Origin: Gammaproteobacteria bacterium
GTDB taxonomy: Bacteria; Pseudomonadota; Gammaproteobacteria; Eutrophobiales; Eutrophobiaceae
NCBI GenBank assembly: GCA_011772965.1
Contig: WVYN01000050.1
Location: 155,029-219,028, forward strand
Reading direction: 5' to 3'
DNA length: 64,000 nt
The notes below the pieces were generated by a model. The model did not search any database. It was not told where the DNA came from and worked only from the letters and a program-made list of their open reading frames with translations. The position numbers and the translations under genes were made by a program. Positions 54,493 to 64,000 of the stretch are shown here, in pieces. Positions within the stretch are counted from its first letter, which is position 1, and each line of letters starts with the position of its first letter.

Positions 54493-56739
54493 CTAGTCGA
54501 TATTATCCAGGGCCTTGTTTCTGTCATTGGAGATTCCATTTTCAGGAACTGAAGCTTGCTGCGAAGACTGGTCATTTTGCTGGATTTCCACATTTTGTCC
54601 CGGAGTATTAATGGATTCATCCTGATTGATCTGCGCACTAGCATTCCCCTGCAGTTCCCGTTCCGTGACGGCATTTTCAGCTGCTGGATTATTGCCCTGA
54701 TCGGGAATGGCTGTGGTTGTCTCCTGTGCCTGATTTGTAGTCTGCTTATTTTCATTGTCAGCAGGATTAGTGCCAGATGATTTACTGCTCTGCTTGGTCT
54801 GTTTGTCGCGACCACGGCTGGTATTTTCATTATTACGATTACGCCGTCTGCCTCCACGGCGTCCACGTCTTTGTGATTGACCACTGCTATCATCTCCCGT
54901 GTTACTGGCTTTACTTCCGCGTTTACGGGAACGGCCACTGGATTTCTGGTTACGGCCGGGTCGTTTACTATCGCTGGACTTTGTTCTTTTGGAATCAGCC
55001 CTCTTTGTGGTAGTGGTAGTTCTACCTGAACTTATTGTCTCCTGTTTCTCTTCTTCAGGGACGCCAAACAGGCTGCCAAATAATCGGTTGATTAATCCAC
55101 GCGAACTTGTCCGTTTTGGTACAGGTACAGGATGGTCAGGAATGATCTGCTTGATAGCAGGTTCTTCAATACGCCGTTTTTTCTGTTGTTCGATGGACTC
55201 AAGTATAGTGTCTTTTTCTTCCGGTTGTATATCGTAACTGGGACGGGCGTATTCCTTGCTTGCCGCCTCGGACAGCTTGACACGTTGAATCAGGTATTGT
55301 GGAGTTTCCAGGGCAGGTGAGGGGACCAGAATGATGTCAACGTCATGCCGATGTTCAATATTACTGATAGTGGTGCGCTTTTCATTCAGAAGAAAGGTGG
55401 CTGCATCAGTGGGTAACTGTGCTATGACCTTGGCCGTCAGGTCTTTCATTGCTTCTTCTTCAATAATTCGCAAAACGGACAGCGCCAGGGATTCCGTGCC
55501 ACGAATCGTGCCCTGACCCTGGCAGCGCGGACAAAGGATATTACTGGATTCCCCCAACGATGGCCGCAGACGTTGCCGGGACATTTCCAGCAAGCCAAAC
55601 CGGGAAATTTTGCCAATCTGGACCCTGGCCCGGTCCATTTTCAGATTTTCCCGAAGACAATTTTCAACCTCACGTTGGTTCTGGTGACTTATCATGTCGA
55701 TGAAATCTATGACAATCAGGCCACCGAGATCGCGTAATCTGAGCTGACGGGCTATTTCCTCGGCAGCTTCAAGATTGGTATTGAGCGCAGTCTCTTCGAT
55801 ATCACCTCCTGCAGTTGAACGCGAGGAATTGATGTCAATGGTTAAAAGTGCTTCTGTGTGATCGAATACCAGTGCTCCTCCCGACGGCAATCTGACTCCT
55901 CGTGAAAAAGCAGATTCAATCTGACTTTCAATCTGATAACGGTTAAACAGGGGATCCGGCTCATCATAAAGCTTCAGCTTGTGCAGGTTCTGCGGCATGA
56001 CCTGTTGCATGAATTCATAACCTCGCTGATAGACTTCCTTGCTGTCTATCCATATCTCCGATATGTCCTTGCGCAGGTAATCACGTATTGCACGAATAAT
56101 GACTTCACTTTCCTGGTAGATAAGAAAAGGCGCCTTTCGCTCGTTAGCTGCCTTGGTAATGGCATCCCAGAGACTCAGCAGATAATCGAGATCCCATTGC
56201 AATTCGTCGCTGGATTTTCCAACACCGGCTGTTCGCAGAATGATACCCATACCCTGTGGAACATTGAGCTTGCTCATGGCATCCCGAGCTTCATTACGAT
56301 CACTGCCTTCTATCTGTCGGGATACACCTCCGGCACGGGGATTGTTTGGCATCAGAACCAGATAGCGACCTGCCAGACTGACAAAAGTGGTCAGTGCAGC
56401 GCCCTTGTTTCCCCGTTCCTCTTTTTCAACCTGGATGATAAATTCCTGGTCCTGCTTGATAGCTTCACGAACGTTGATTCGACCACCATCTTCAGCAGTA
56501 TCTTTGAACAGGGAGTGGGCTATTTCCTTGAAAGGCAGGAAACCATGGCGCTCGGCACCATAGTCGACAAAAGCGGCCTCGAGACTTGGTTCGATTCGGA
56601 CGATCCGGCCTTTATAGATATTGGATTTTTTCTGTTCCCTGGAGGTTGACTCGATGTCGAGGTCATAAAGTTTCTGACCATCGACCAGAGCCACACGCAA
56701 CTCTTCCTGCTGAGTCGCATTGATAAGCATTCTCTTCAT
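54493..56739 (-). CDS. rne: Ribonuclease E (catalytic N-terminal half plus short Arg/Ser/Asn-rich low-complexity C-terminal scaffold region)
   Basis: N-terminal ~510 aa colinear with the E. coli RNase E catalytic domain (S1 domain, DNase I-like, Zn-link CPRCQGQG). C-terminal ~230 aa low complexity with [13 protein letters not shown] segment. Confidence 0.9.
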   Translation of the reverse strand: MKRMLINATQQEELRVALVDGQKLYDLDIESTSREQKKSNIYKGRIVRIEPSLEAAFVDYGAERHGFLPFKEIAHSLFKDTAEDGGRINVREAIKQDQEFIIQVEKEERGNKGAALTTFVSLAGRYLVLMPNNPRAGGVSRQIEGSDRNEARDAMSKLNVPQGMGIILRTAGVGKSSDELQWDLDYLLSLWDAITKAANERKAPFLIYQESEVIIRAIRDYLRKDISEIWIDSKEVYQRGYEFMQQVMPQNLHKLKLYDEPDPLFNRYQIESQIESAFSRGVRLPSGGALVFDHTEALLTIDINSSRSTAGGDIEETALNTNLEAAEEIARQLRLRDLGGLIVIDFIDMISHQNQREVENCLRENLKMDRARVQIGKISRFGLLEMSRQRLRPSLGESSNILCPRCQGQGTIRGTESLALSVLRIIEEEAMKDLTAKVIAQLPTDAATFLLNEKRTTISNIEHRHDVDIILVPSPALETPQYLIQRVKLSEAASKEYARPSYDIQPEEKDTILESIEQQKKRRIEEPAIKQIIPDHPVPVPKRTSSRGLINRLFGSLFGVPEEEKQETISSGRTTTTTKRADSKRTKSSDSKRPGRNQKSSGRSRKRGSKASNTGDDSSGQSQRRGRRGGRRRNRNNENTSRGRDKQTKQSSKSSGTNPADNENKQTTNQAQETTTAIPDQGNNPAAENAVTERELQGNASAQINQDESINTPGQNVEIQQNDQSSQQASVPENGISNDRNKALDNID

Positions 56740-57115
56740 TGTAATATTGTTCCTGTTCTGCGCTCATTACCGCCAGCCTGTATCGGTCAATATTGCGGGA
56801 GCGCGCTGACAACTCATTCACAGGGTAGAGCTGTCATTAAACCCTGTTTCTATCGGGGCCCGGCCTGGTTGTATCTTCTATATTCTGGGCGACGGGCGCC
56901 ATATCTGTTATTTCAAGATTGAATTCGGGCATTCTACTGGAGTGGCGGGATGGATAATGCGCATGTCATAATTTTCAACATCACCCACGCGAATAACCGG
57001 CACCGACTCAGCAGGAGGATGCAGTAGATTTTTTCTCATCCGCAAATGAGATAATTCCCGCGAATATCTCCTGAAATCAGGGTGATAATATAGCAATCTT
57101 AACAAATCCCGGCAA
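56740..57115 (-). promoter_or_regulatory. Long (~375 nt) rne upstream/5'-leader region shared with divergent rluC; candidate autoregulatory rne 5' UTR
   Basis: Unusually long non-coding spacer between divergent rne and rluC. In E. coli the equivalent ~360-nt 5' UTR mediates RNase E autoregulation. Confidence 0.45.
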
Positions 57116-58078
57116 TTGCAATTGAATAAAAAACCGCAGGAATACACGAGGAAATCCGGGGTCAGCTACGTTGTAATCACGGCTGACCAGTCAGGCAGGC
57201 GTATTGACAATTATCTTCTGTCATACCTGAAGGATGTCCCCAAGACCCGTATTTATAAAATGCTGAGAAAAGGCGAAGTTCGGGTCAATCGGTCGCGGGT
57301 GAAGCAGGATTATAAACTTCAACAACAGGATGTGGTCAGGATTCCACCGGTCTACCAGTCTGCTCAGCATAAGCGCCGACCAGAACCGTCACCCTCGCTA
57401 CAGGGCCTGATATACCGTCATATAATCCATGAGGATGAACAGCTGCTGGTTATCAATAAACCGCCTGGACTGGCCGTGCATTCCGGGACAAACGATGCAT
57501 TTGGTCTGATAGAAATACTGCGCGCGATGCGACCCGAGGATTCTTTTCTTGAACTGGTCCACCGGCTGGATAAATCGACATCGGGTTGTTTGATGATCGC
57601 TCGTAACCATCAGCTTTTACGCGACTTGCATGAGCTTTTGAAGCAAAACAGGGTGAGCAAGACCTATCAGACACTACTAAAAGGGAAAATTTCCCGATCG
57701 CAAGTCGTGGATGCGCCACTTTCCAGGCGAGCGGGGGGTCATGGCAAAAAGCATATCCAGATTAATGAGTCAGGCAAGCCTTCAATATCAAGGTTTACAC
57801 CCGTGAAGGTTTTCTCCGGGGCGACCCTGGCCAGGGTTGAAATCGACACCGGGCGTACGCATCAGATTCGGGTTCATGCTGCTTCAATAGGCCACCCGGT
57901 TGCGGGTGATAAAAAATACGGTGACAGCGAGTTTAATCGATCTCTTAGAAAACGGGGCCTGAAGCGGATGTTTCTTCACGCAGACACACTTTCTCTTGAG
58001 TTACCTTACACTAGGGAAAGGGTAAGCTTCAGAGCCCCGTTACCGGAAGATTTACAATCATTGCTGGTTAAAATCTGA
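57116..58078 (+). CDS. rluC: 23S rRNA pseudouridine synthase RluC (RluA family with N-terminal S4 domain)
   Basis: S4 domain (RIDNYLLSYL...) and RluA-family catalytic motif HRLDKSTSGCLMIA. Confidence 0.85.
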   Translation: MQLNKKPQEYTRKSGVSYVVITADQSGRRIDNYLLSYLKDVPKTRIYKMLRKGEVRVNRSRVKQDYKLQQQDVVRIPPVYQSAQHKRRPEPSPSLQGLIYRHIIHEDEQLLVINKPPGLAVHSGTNDAFGLIEILRAMRPEDSFLELVHRLDKSTSGCLMIARNHQLLRDLHELLKQNRVSKTYQTLLKGKISRSQVVDAPLSRRAGGHGKKHIQINESGKPSISRFTPVKVFSGATLARVEIDTGRTHQIRVHAASIGHPVAGDKKYGDSEFNRSLRKRGLKRMFLHADTLSLELPYTRERVSFRAPLPEDLQSLLVKI

Positions 58079-58085
58079 ATTCCAT

Positions 58086-58751
58086 ATGTATACTCAGGAT
58101 ATTCGTCTGGTGGTTTTTGACTGGGATGGCACGCTGGCCGATACCACTGCCGCGATCGTATTTACTATGCAATCGGCGATCACCGAGTGCGAATTTGAAC
58201 GAAGAGATGATATCAGTATTCGTAAAATCATCGGCTTGGGCCTGGAAGAAGCTGCCCGGCAACTCTACCCTGAGCTTTCCCGGGATGATCATCTGCTGTT
58301 AAATCAGGTTTATCGTCGTCTCTATGTGGAACAGAACCGCGGTAATATCCGTTTATTTCCTGGGGTAAAGGAACTGCTGGACCGCTTGTTGCAGGCGGGG
58401 ATGTTACTGGCTATTGCCACTGGTAAAAGCCGCAGGGGACTGGACAATTCACTGAATGAGACGGGATTGAATTCCTGTTTTCATGCCTCCCGTTGTGCTG
58501 ACGAGACTCTCTCCAAGCCTCATCCTTTAATGTTGTTGGAAATTATGAAGGAATTATCCGTAAAACCTGAAAACACGCTGATGGTCGGTGACAGCGATCA
58601 TGATATGCAGTTGGCTGAGAATGCCGGGGTGTACGCCATTGCGGTCAGCTATGGCGCACAAAAGATACCGGATTTGCTAAAATATGAACCAGTTGCATGC
58701 TTGCAATGTCCGAATCAATTATTGTCCTGGCTGGAAGGCATGCTGGAATGA
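58086..58751 (+). CDS. HAD-IA family hydrolase (phosphoglycolate phosphatase-like)
   Basis: Motif I VVFDWDGTLAD, motif III K (ATGKSRR), motif IV GDSDHD. Confidence 0.75.
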   Translation: MYTQDIRLVVFDWDGTLADTTAAIVFTMQSAITECEFERRDDISIRKIIGLGLEEAARQLYPELSRDDHLLLNQVYRRLYVEQNRGNIRLFPGVKELLDRLLQAGMLLAIATGKSRRGLDNSLNETGLNSCFHASRCADETLSKPHPLMLLEIMKELSVKPENTLMVGDSDHDMQLAENAGVYAIAVSYGAQKIPDLLKYEPVACLQCPNQLLSWLEGMLE

Positions 58752-58764
58752 GGTAAAGTAAGCT

Positions 58765-59712
58765 ATGGAAAATTCGTCATCTAACAATGATCAGAAGCAG
58801 ATGGAACAGGCAATCGTCAACCGTATTGCCCAGGAAGCAATCGCTGAACAACGGCGCGCACGCCGTTGGGGAATATTCTTCAAATTCTTTTTTGCCGCGT
58901 ACCTGGTTGCCTTTCTGATTATTTACTTACCTACTGACATCGGTGGTGCCAAGATTAGTGGCGGTAAGCATACTGCTCTCGTGGACATTGAGGGGATTAT
59001 CTCTAATGATGCAATAGCCAATGCTGATCATATTGTCAGTGGTTTGAGGGCAGCATTTGAAGATTCCAGTACGGCCGGAATAATTTTACGGATTAATAGT
59101 CCCGGTGGCAGCCCGGTACAGGCTGCTTACGTCAATGATGAAATCAGGCGCCTCAAGGGACTTTATCCTGACATGCCTCTCTATGCAGTGATCTCTGATA
59201 TTTGTGCCTCCGGTGGATACTATATCGCAGCAGCGGCAGATGAGATCTATGCCAATGAATCGAGCATTGTCGGTTCAATTGGTGTGGTTATGTCCGGTTT
59301 CGGTTTCGTAGAAGCCATAAAAAAACTAGGCATCGAGCGCCGCCTGTTGCATGCAGGAGAAAGCAAGGGATTCCTGGATCCATTCTCACCCCTTAAAGAG
59401 GAAGACCTGGAGCATATCGATACCTTGCTGACAGATGTTCATGAACAATTTATCAGTGTTGTCAGGGAGGGTCGTGGTGATCGCTTGAGTGATGACGAGA
59501 ATCTCTTTACTGGCCTGATCTGGACCGGCAAACAGTCCCTGGATCTGGGCCTGATTGACGGGATTGGAAGTGCAGGTTATGTAGCCAGGGAACTGGTTGG
59601 AGAAGAAGACATCGTTGATTACACCCGGAGGGAAACCTTCCTTGATACCTTTGCAAAACAAATTGGTACGACGGTGGCAGAGATACTCGAAAAGAGGCTT
59701 CAGTTACAGTAA
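58765..59712 (+). CDS. sppA: Signal peptide peptidase SppA, 36K type (S49 family)
   Basis: N-terminal TM. Catalytic Ser context (DICASGGYYIAAAAD) and Lys of S49 peptidases. Confidence 0.8.
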   Translation: MENSSSNNDQKQMEQAIVNRIAQEAIAEQRRARRWGIFFKFFFAAYLVAFLIIYLPTDIGGAKISGGKHTALVDIEGIISNDAIANADHIVSGLRAAFEDSSTAGIILRINSPGGSPVQAAYVNDEIRRLKGLYPDMPLYAVISDICASGGYYIAAAADEIYANESSIVGSIGVVMSGFGFVEAIKKLGIERRLLHAGESKGFLDPFSPLKEEDLEHIDTLLTDVHEQFISVVREGRGDRLSDDENLFTGLIWTGKQSLDLGLIDGIGSAGYVARELVGEEDIVDYTRRETFLDTFAKQIGTTVAEILEKRLQLQ

Positions 59713-59725
59713 CTTGTCTGTTTCA

Positions 59726-60325
59726 TCAAGGGATTGGCAGTCCCTGAGCCCGTAGCATCTCTGATAACCTGATTAAGGGCAGGCCAACCAGGGCCGTCGG
59801 ATCTGTGCATTCTAGTTTTTCCAGTAAACTGATACCCAGGCATTCTGATTTGAAACTTCCTGCACATTGGTACGGTTTCTCTATTTCCAGGTAACGGCCA
59901 ATCTCATCTCGGGTCAGGCGACGAAAGGTAACCCGGCAGGGTATACAATCGGTCCTCGCCACCCCGGTGGCACTGTTGACAACACACAAGCCGGTATAAA
60001 ATATTACCATCTGGCCACTCAGCTTCTCGAGCTGACCCATAGCAGCCTGGTGAGAGCCCGGTTTTCCCAGGATTTCATTATTGAGAGACAGGCACTGGTC
60101 CGAACCGATCACGATTGCAGCATCCCTGTTTTTTGCAACTGCCTCCGCCTTGGTCCTGGCTAGACGCTTCACCAATTCGTCAGCCGGTTCCCCGGGCAGG
60201 GGAGTTTCATCAACTGCGGGGGCTTCGCAAATAAAACCCACCGCTAGGCGTTCCAGGAGATCTCGCCGGAAAGGGGAGGAAGACGCCAGGATCAGTTTCA
60301 GTGAGTCCGGTCTTATTTTTGTCAT
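59726..60325 (-). CDS. maf: Maf-like nucleoside triphosphate pyrophosphatase (septum formation protein Maf)
   Basis: 199 aa, LILASSSPFRRDLLERL N-terminus. Divergent from yceD-rpmF as in E. coli yceF. Confidence 0.85.
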   Translation of the reverse strand: MTKIRPDSLKLILASSSPFRRDLLERLAVGFICEAPAVDETPLPGEPADELVKRLARTKAEAVAKNRDAAIVIGSDQCLSLNNEILGKPGSHQAAMGQLEKLSGQMVIFYTGLCVVNSATGVARTDCIPCRVTFRRLTRDEIGRYLEIEKPYQCAGSFKSECLGISLLEKLECTDPTALVGLPLIRLSEMLRAQGLPIP

Positions 60326-60401
60326 AATTATCGAATAAAGATGCAGGCGCGGTAATAAAATTCTTTTATTACAATAGGTTAAGTATTATTTCAGCGGTAT
60401 T

Positions 60402-60956
60402 TTGACAGTCGCACTCCGCATAGCTAAACTTTGCCGCCTGATGCGCCCCGACTTGCCGCAAACCATTGAACCGACTCGACTTGCCATGAGCGGTGAAAAA
60501 CTTGCCGGGCAGTATGCAATAGATGAAATGTCCCGGCTAGTAGAGAGGTTGCATGACCAATCGGGTATTGTCTATTTCCATCTGGCGTTCAAGCGGGATG
60601 AAGATCAGAAACTGACCCTCATCACCGGTGACGTTTCCACAGAAGTCTGTCTGATCTGCCAGAGATGTCTGGAACCCATGAGTTTATCTATGAAGAGCCA
60701 GGTAAACCTGGGCGTAATCAGAAAGTCTGTTGATTTGTCGATATTGCCACGTGGATGTGAACCGCTCTATGAAGAGGATGCTCCGTTTGTATTGCGGGAG
60801 CTGATAGAAGATGAGTTGATACTGGCGTTACCCCTGGCCGTAATGCATGAGCAGAACGAATGTGAAGCTTCAAAATTACTGGAGGAGTTTAATAAATCAG
60901 TTAGAAGGAACCCGTTTTCTGTTCTCGAAAAACTGTCAACGAAATCGAATGAATAA
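60402..60956 (+). CDS. yceD: YceD family (DUF177) large-subunit rRNA accumulation protein
   Basis: Conserved position upstream of rpmF. Cys pairs CLICQRC...C typical of DUF177. Confidence 0.75.
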   Translation: MTVALRIAKLCRLMRPDLPQTIEPTRLAMSGEKLAGQYAIDEMSRLVERLHDQSGIVYFHLAFKRDEDQKLTLITGDVSTEVCLICQRCLEPMSLSMKSQVNLGVIRKSVDLSILPRGCEPLYEEDAPFVLRELIEDELILALPLAVMHEQNECEASKLLEEFNKSVRRNPFSVLEKLSTKSNE

Positions 60957-60977
60957 AATACCGGAGAAATAGATACT

Positions 60978-61166
60978 ATGGCTGTTCAAAAATCTAAAAA
61001 ATCAAATTCCCGTCGTGGCATGCGTCGGTCTCATGATGCGTTAAAATCACCGACTCTTTCCATTGAATCTACAACCGGCGAGGTTCATAGAAGGCATCAT
61101 ATCAGTGCAGACGGTTATTACCTGGGCCGCAAGGTCATTGCGAGTAAGGAAGAAGACACTGAATAA
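60978..61166 (+). CDS. rpmF: 50S ribosomal protein L32
   Basis: [23 protein letters not shown] is the canonical bL32 N-terminus. Confidence 0.9.
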   Translation: MAVQKSKKSNSRRGMRRSHDALKSPTLSIESTTGEVHRRHHISADGYYLGRKVIASKEEDTE

Positions 61167-61240
61167 TCCTGCCTGGTGTCTTTGATGGCGCTTTTTTTTG
61201 CCCGGCAGCAAGTCTGTTAATACGACATTAAGAGTCAGTC

Positions 61241-62254
61241 TTGAAAATCAAGCTTGCCCTAGACGCCATGGGGGGTGACCACGGTCCGGACGCAATTGTC
61301 CCGGCAGCCCTTTATGTCCTCGATAAGCATGAAAACCTGGAACTGATTCTGGTCGGTATCCAGGATCAACTGGAATCAATTCTTCAGCGTCACAAGGCCC
61401 TAAACCATCCACGTCTTTTTGTTCATCATGCGTCTGAAGTCGTTGGTATGCATGAACTGCCATCCCAAGTTTTGCGTAACAAGAAAGATTCTTCCATGCG
61501 CGTCGCTATTGATCTGGTACAGGAAGGGGTCGCACAGGCCTGTGTGAGTGCCGGGAATACCGGTGCCTTGATGGCAACGGCCAGATTTGTACTGAAAATG
61601 TTGCCTGGTATCGACCGTCCTGCCATCTGCTCTACCATGCCGGGAATTGAAGGCTCATCACATTTGCTGGACCTCGGGGCAAATGTTGATTCGACTTCGG
61701 AGCAATTGTTCCAGTTTGCAGCAATGGGAGCTGAGTTAACGAGTGCGGTGAATAATATTCCTGAACCAACTGTGGCCTTGCTTAATGTCGGCGAAGAGGA
61801 AATCAAGGGTAATGACCGTGTAAAACAGGCTGCTTCCCTGTTATCTCAAAGTCATCTGAACTACATAGGATTCGTTGAGGGTAATGATATATATTCCGGA
61901 AAGGCGGACGTGATCGTGTGTGATGGTTTCGTAGGTAATATTGCGTTGAAGGCGAGCGAGGGTGTTGCAGCTTTCCTGATGTATCATGTGAAACAGGATT
62001 TCAGCAGTTCACTTTATGGTAAATTTGCTGCGCTGGTGAGTATGCCCATCCTGAAGTCTATTAGGAAAAGAATTGACCCCAGAAGATATAATGGTGCCAG
62101 CCTACTTGGTTTGCGTGGTATTGTAATCAAAAGTCATGGTAGTGCAGACAAGATATCGTTTGCACATGCGATTGAAGAAGCCATGGTAGAGGTTGAAAAA
62201 GATATACCTAACCGGATATCAAAAGAACTGGAAAGACTATTCCCTGAGGGTTAA
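61241..62254 (+). CDS. plsX: Phosphate acyltransferase PlsX
   Basis: 337 aa, [12 protein letters not shown] start. Conserved rpmF-plsX-fabH order. Confidence 0.9.
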   Translation: MKIKLALDAMGGDHGPDAIVPAALYVLDKHENLELILVGIQDQLESILQRHKALNHPRLFVHHASEVVGMHELPSQVLRNKKDSSMRVAIDLVQEGVAQACVSAGNTGALMATARFVLKMLPGIDRPAICSTMPGIEGSSHLLDLGANVDSTSEQLFQFAAMGAELTSAVNNIPEPTVALLNVGEEEIKGNDRVKQAASLLSQSHLNYIGFVEGNDIYSGKADVIVCDGFVGNIALKASEGVAAFLMYHVKQDFSSSLYGKFAALVSMPILKSIRKRIDPRRYNGASLLGLRGIVIKSHGSADKISFAHAIEEAMVEVEKDIPNRISKELERLFPEG

Positions 62255-62259
62255 CTACA

Positions 62260-63228
62260 TTGATTTATTCAAGAATCACAGGCACTGGCAGTTACTTACC
62301 AAAGAGGATAATGACCAATGCTGAACTTGAGCAGATGGTGGATACTTCCGATGAATGGATCAAGGCTCGGACAGGGATCAGTGAGCGGCATATTGCGGCA
62401 GAAGGTGAAACTACTTGTGATATGGCTGAGAAAGCAGCAATTGAAGCAATCAAGGCGGCCAATATCAAACCGGATGATATTGATCTGATTATTGTTGCAA
62501 CGACCACACCTGATGTTATTTTTCCAAGCACAGCCTGCCTGCTACAAAAAAAACTGGATATTCACGGCTGTCCGGCATTTGACGTCCAGGCAGTTTGTAC
62601 AGGTTTCATCTATGCACTTAGCATTGCCGATAAATTTATAAAAACCGGATCCGCGACTACAGTTCTGGTTGTAGGCTCTGAAACCCTATCCAGGATAATT
62701 GACTGGACCGATCGCAGTACCTGCGTCTTGTTTGCTGACGGTGCTGGGGCAGTTGTACTTCAAAATAGTAAAGAACCCGGTATCCTTTCTACACATATAC
62801 ATGCTGATGGTGAGTATGAGGGTTTGCTGAATGTCCCGGCTGGCATTTCCCATAATCCTGAGCAATTAAAGGAAGGTACTGCCTTTATCGAGATGCAGGG
62901 CAATGAAGTATTCAAGGTTGCCGTTAACACACTGGGCAGAATCGTTGATGAGACCCTCACTTATAATCAAATGGAAAAAAAGGACATTGACTGGCTGGTA
63001 CCTCACCAAGCTAATACCCGCATCATTACAGCAACAGCCAAAAAACTTGATATGCCTATGGACCGGGTTGTTTTGACGGTTGACAAACACGGTAATACAT
63101 CGGCTGCATCAGTACCGCTGGCGCTGGATACTGCTGTCCGTGATGGCCGTATCAAGAAGAAAGACACATTATTACTTGAAGCTTTCGGTGGCGGATTTAC
63201 CTGGGGCTCCGCGCTTGTTAATTACTAG
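62260..63228 (+). CDS. fabH: 3-oxoacyl-ACP synthase III
   Basis: Catalytic Cys ([15 protein letters not shown]), His (VPHQANTRI) and Asn (NTSAASVP); 322 aa. Confidence 0.95.
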   Translation: MIYSRITGTGSYLPKRIMTNAELEQMVDTSDEWIKARTGISERHIAAEGETTCDMAEKAAIEAIKAANIKPDDIDLIIVATTTPDVIFPSTACLLQKKLDIHGCPAFDVQAVCTGFIYALSIADKFIKTGSATTVLVVGSETLSRIIDWTDRSTCVLFADGAGAVVLQNSKEPGILSTHIHADGEYEGLLNVPAGISHNPEQLKEGTAFIEMQGNEVFKVAVNTLGRIVDETLTYNQMEKKDIDWLVPHQANTRIITATAKKLDMPMDRVVLTVDKHGNTSAASVPLALDTAVRDGRIKKKDTLLLEAFGGGFTWGSALVNY

Positions 63229-63249
63229 AGCAAAATTACAGGCAGGTTT

Positions 63250-64000
63250 ATGACATTTTCAATTGTATTCCCCGGACAGGGTTCACAATCTGTCGGCATG
63301 TTATCCGCACTTTCCGAAAGTTTTCCCCTGGTGAGGGAAACATTTACAGAAGCATCCACGGTACTGGATTTTGATCTCTGGGAAATGACCCAGAGCGGAC
63401 CAGAAGAAGCCTTAAATAATACAGTCAATACCCAGCCAGCCTTGTTGACAGCCGGTGTGGCTACCTGGCAGGTATGGCTTTCAGAGAGTGGGCCTGTCCC
63501 TGATATCCTGGCAGGCCATAGCCTGGGAGAGTACACGGCGCTGGTTTGTTCCGGAGCCATGCAGTTTTCTGATGCGGTGTCACTGGTAGCGGATCGGGGA
63601 CGTTACATGCAGGAAGCGGTGCCTGAGGGCACAGGCAGTATGGCTGCGATCTTGGGCATGGATAATGCAGCACTTGAATCCTTATGTAATGAACTGGCGC
63701 AGGGACAGGTAGTCGCACCGGCTAATTTCAATTCTGAAGGCCAGGTAGTGATTGCGGGTCACAAGGAAGCCGTCAGCCGTGTTGTTGCTGCAGCAGCAGA
63801 TGCCGGTGCCAGGCGTTCAGTGATCTTGCCCGTCAGTGTCCCATCGCACTGTGCCTTGATGCGGAAGGCTGCCGATCGACTTGCCCAGCGCCTCGAATCA
63901 ATTGAACTCGTCTGTGGGCGTATTCCGGTAATACACAATGTCGATGTCAGCAGCAAATCCGATCCGGCCGCCATCAAACAGGCCTTGGTTGAGCAATTGT
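63250..64000 (+). CDS. fabD: Malonyl CoA-ACP transacylase, 3'-truncated by window edge
   Basis: Own translation from ATG 63250: MTFSIVFPGQGSQSVGML... with the GHSLGEYTA catalytic Ser motif. No stop before the window end, so this is not in the ORF track. Confidence 0.85.
   Translation, partial: MTFSIVFPGQGSQSVGMLSALSESFPLVRETFTEASTVLDFDLWEMTQSGPEEALNNTVNTQPALLTAGVATWQVWLSESGPVPDILAGHSLGEYTALVCSGAMQFSDAVSLVADRGRYMQEAVPEGTGSMAAILGMDNAALESLCNELAQGQVVAPANFNSEGQVVIAGHKEAVSRVVAAAADAGARRSVILPVSVPSHCALMRKAADRLAQRLESIELVCGRIPVIHNVDVSSKSDPAAIKQALVEQL

Noticed and set aside
61167-61240. Terminator or attenuator between rpmF and plsX (T8 run at about 61190)
   Set aside because: No stable stem immediately precedes the T-run. 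Likely just a U-rich spacer.

Overview
Approximately 64 kb of chromosomal DNA from a gammaproteobacterium, almost entirely core genome. Gene content and order resemble Pseudomonas-type synteny: nadB divergent from rpoE-rseA-rseB-degP/mucD-like; lepA-lepB-DUF4845-rnc-era-recO-pdxJ-acpS-prfC; rne divergent from rluC-HAD-sppA; maf divergent from yceD-rpmF-plsX-fabH-fabD; queF/cysZ; smc-zipA-ligA. I recognise about 60 protein-coding genes from the six-frame translations and found no rRNA, tRNA, CRISPR array, transposase or integrase. Three cobalamin-dependent functions sit within 10 kb: a class II RNR (nrdJ), metH and a PduO-type adenosyltransferase. Less ordinary content: (i) a DksA whose reading frame carries a 78-residue histone-H1-like lysine/alanine-rich N-terminal extension built from about 33-nt tandem repeats; (ii) a fusion of protein-L-isoaspartate O-methyltransferase with an erythromycin-esterase-like domain next to an unrecognisable 296-aa protein; (iii) an adaptor/ATPase/two-FtsX-permease efflux operon plus a LapA-like small membrane protein; (iv) an RtcB-archease RNA-repair pair with no RtcR; (v) an unlisted 47-aa lipoprotein ORF with strong SD and lipobox between ligA and a GGDEF gene; (vi) a 530-bp leading intergenic region ending in a strong intrinsic terminator with paired direct repeats; (vii) two membrane GGDEF cyclases, the first in a low-GC patch with an MscS channel. 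I see no clear self-contained new multi-gene system such as a defence island; the oddities are individual genes and architectures. Coordinates taken from the ORF track are exact. Those I indexed by hand (terminators, repeats, the small ORF) may be off by 1-2 nt.
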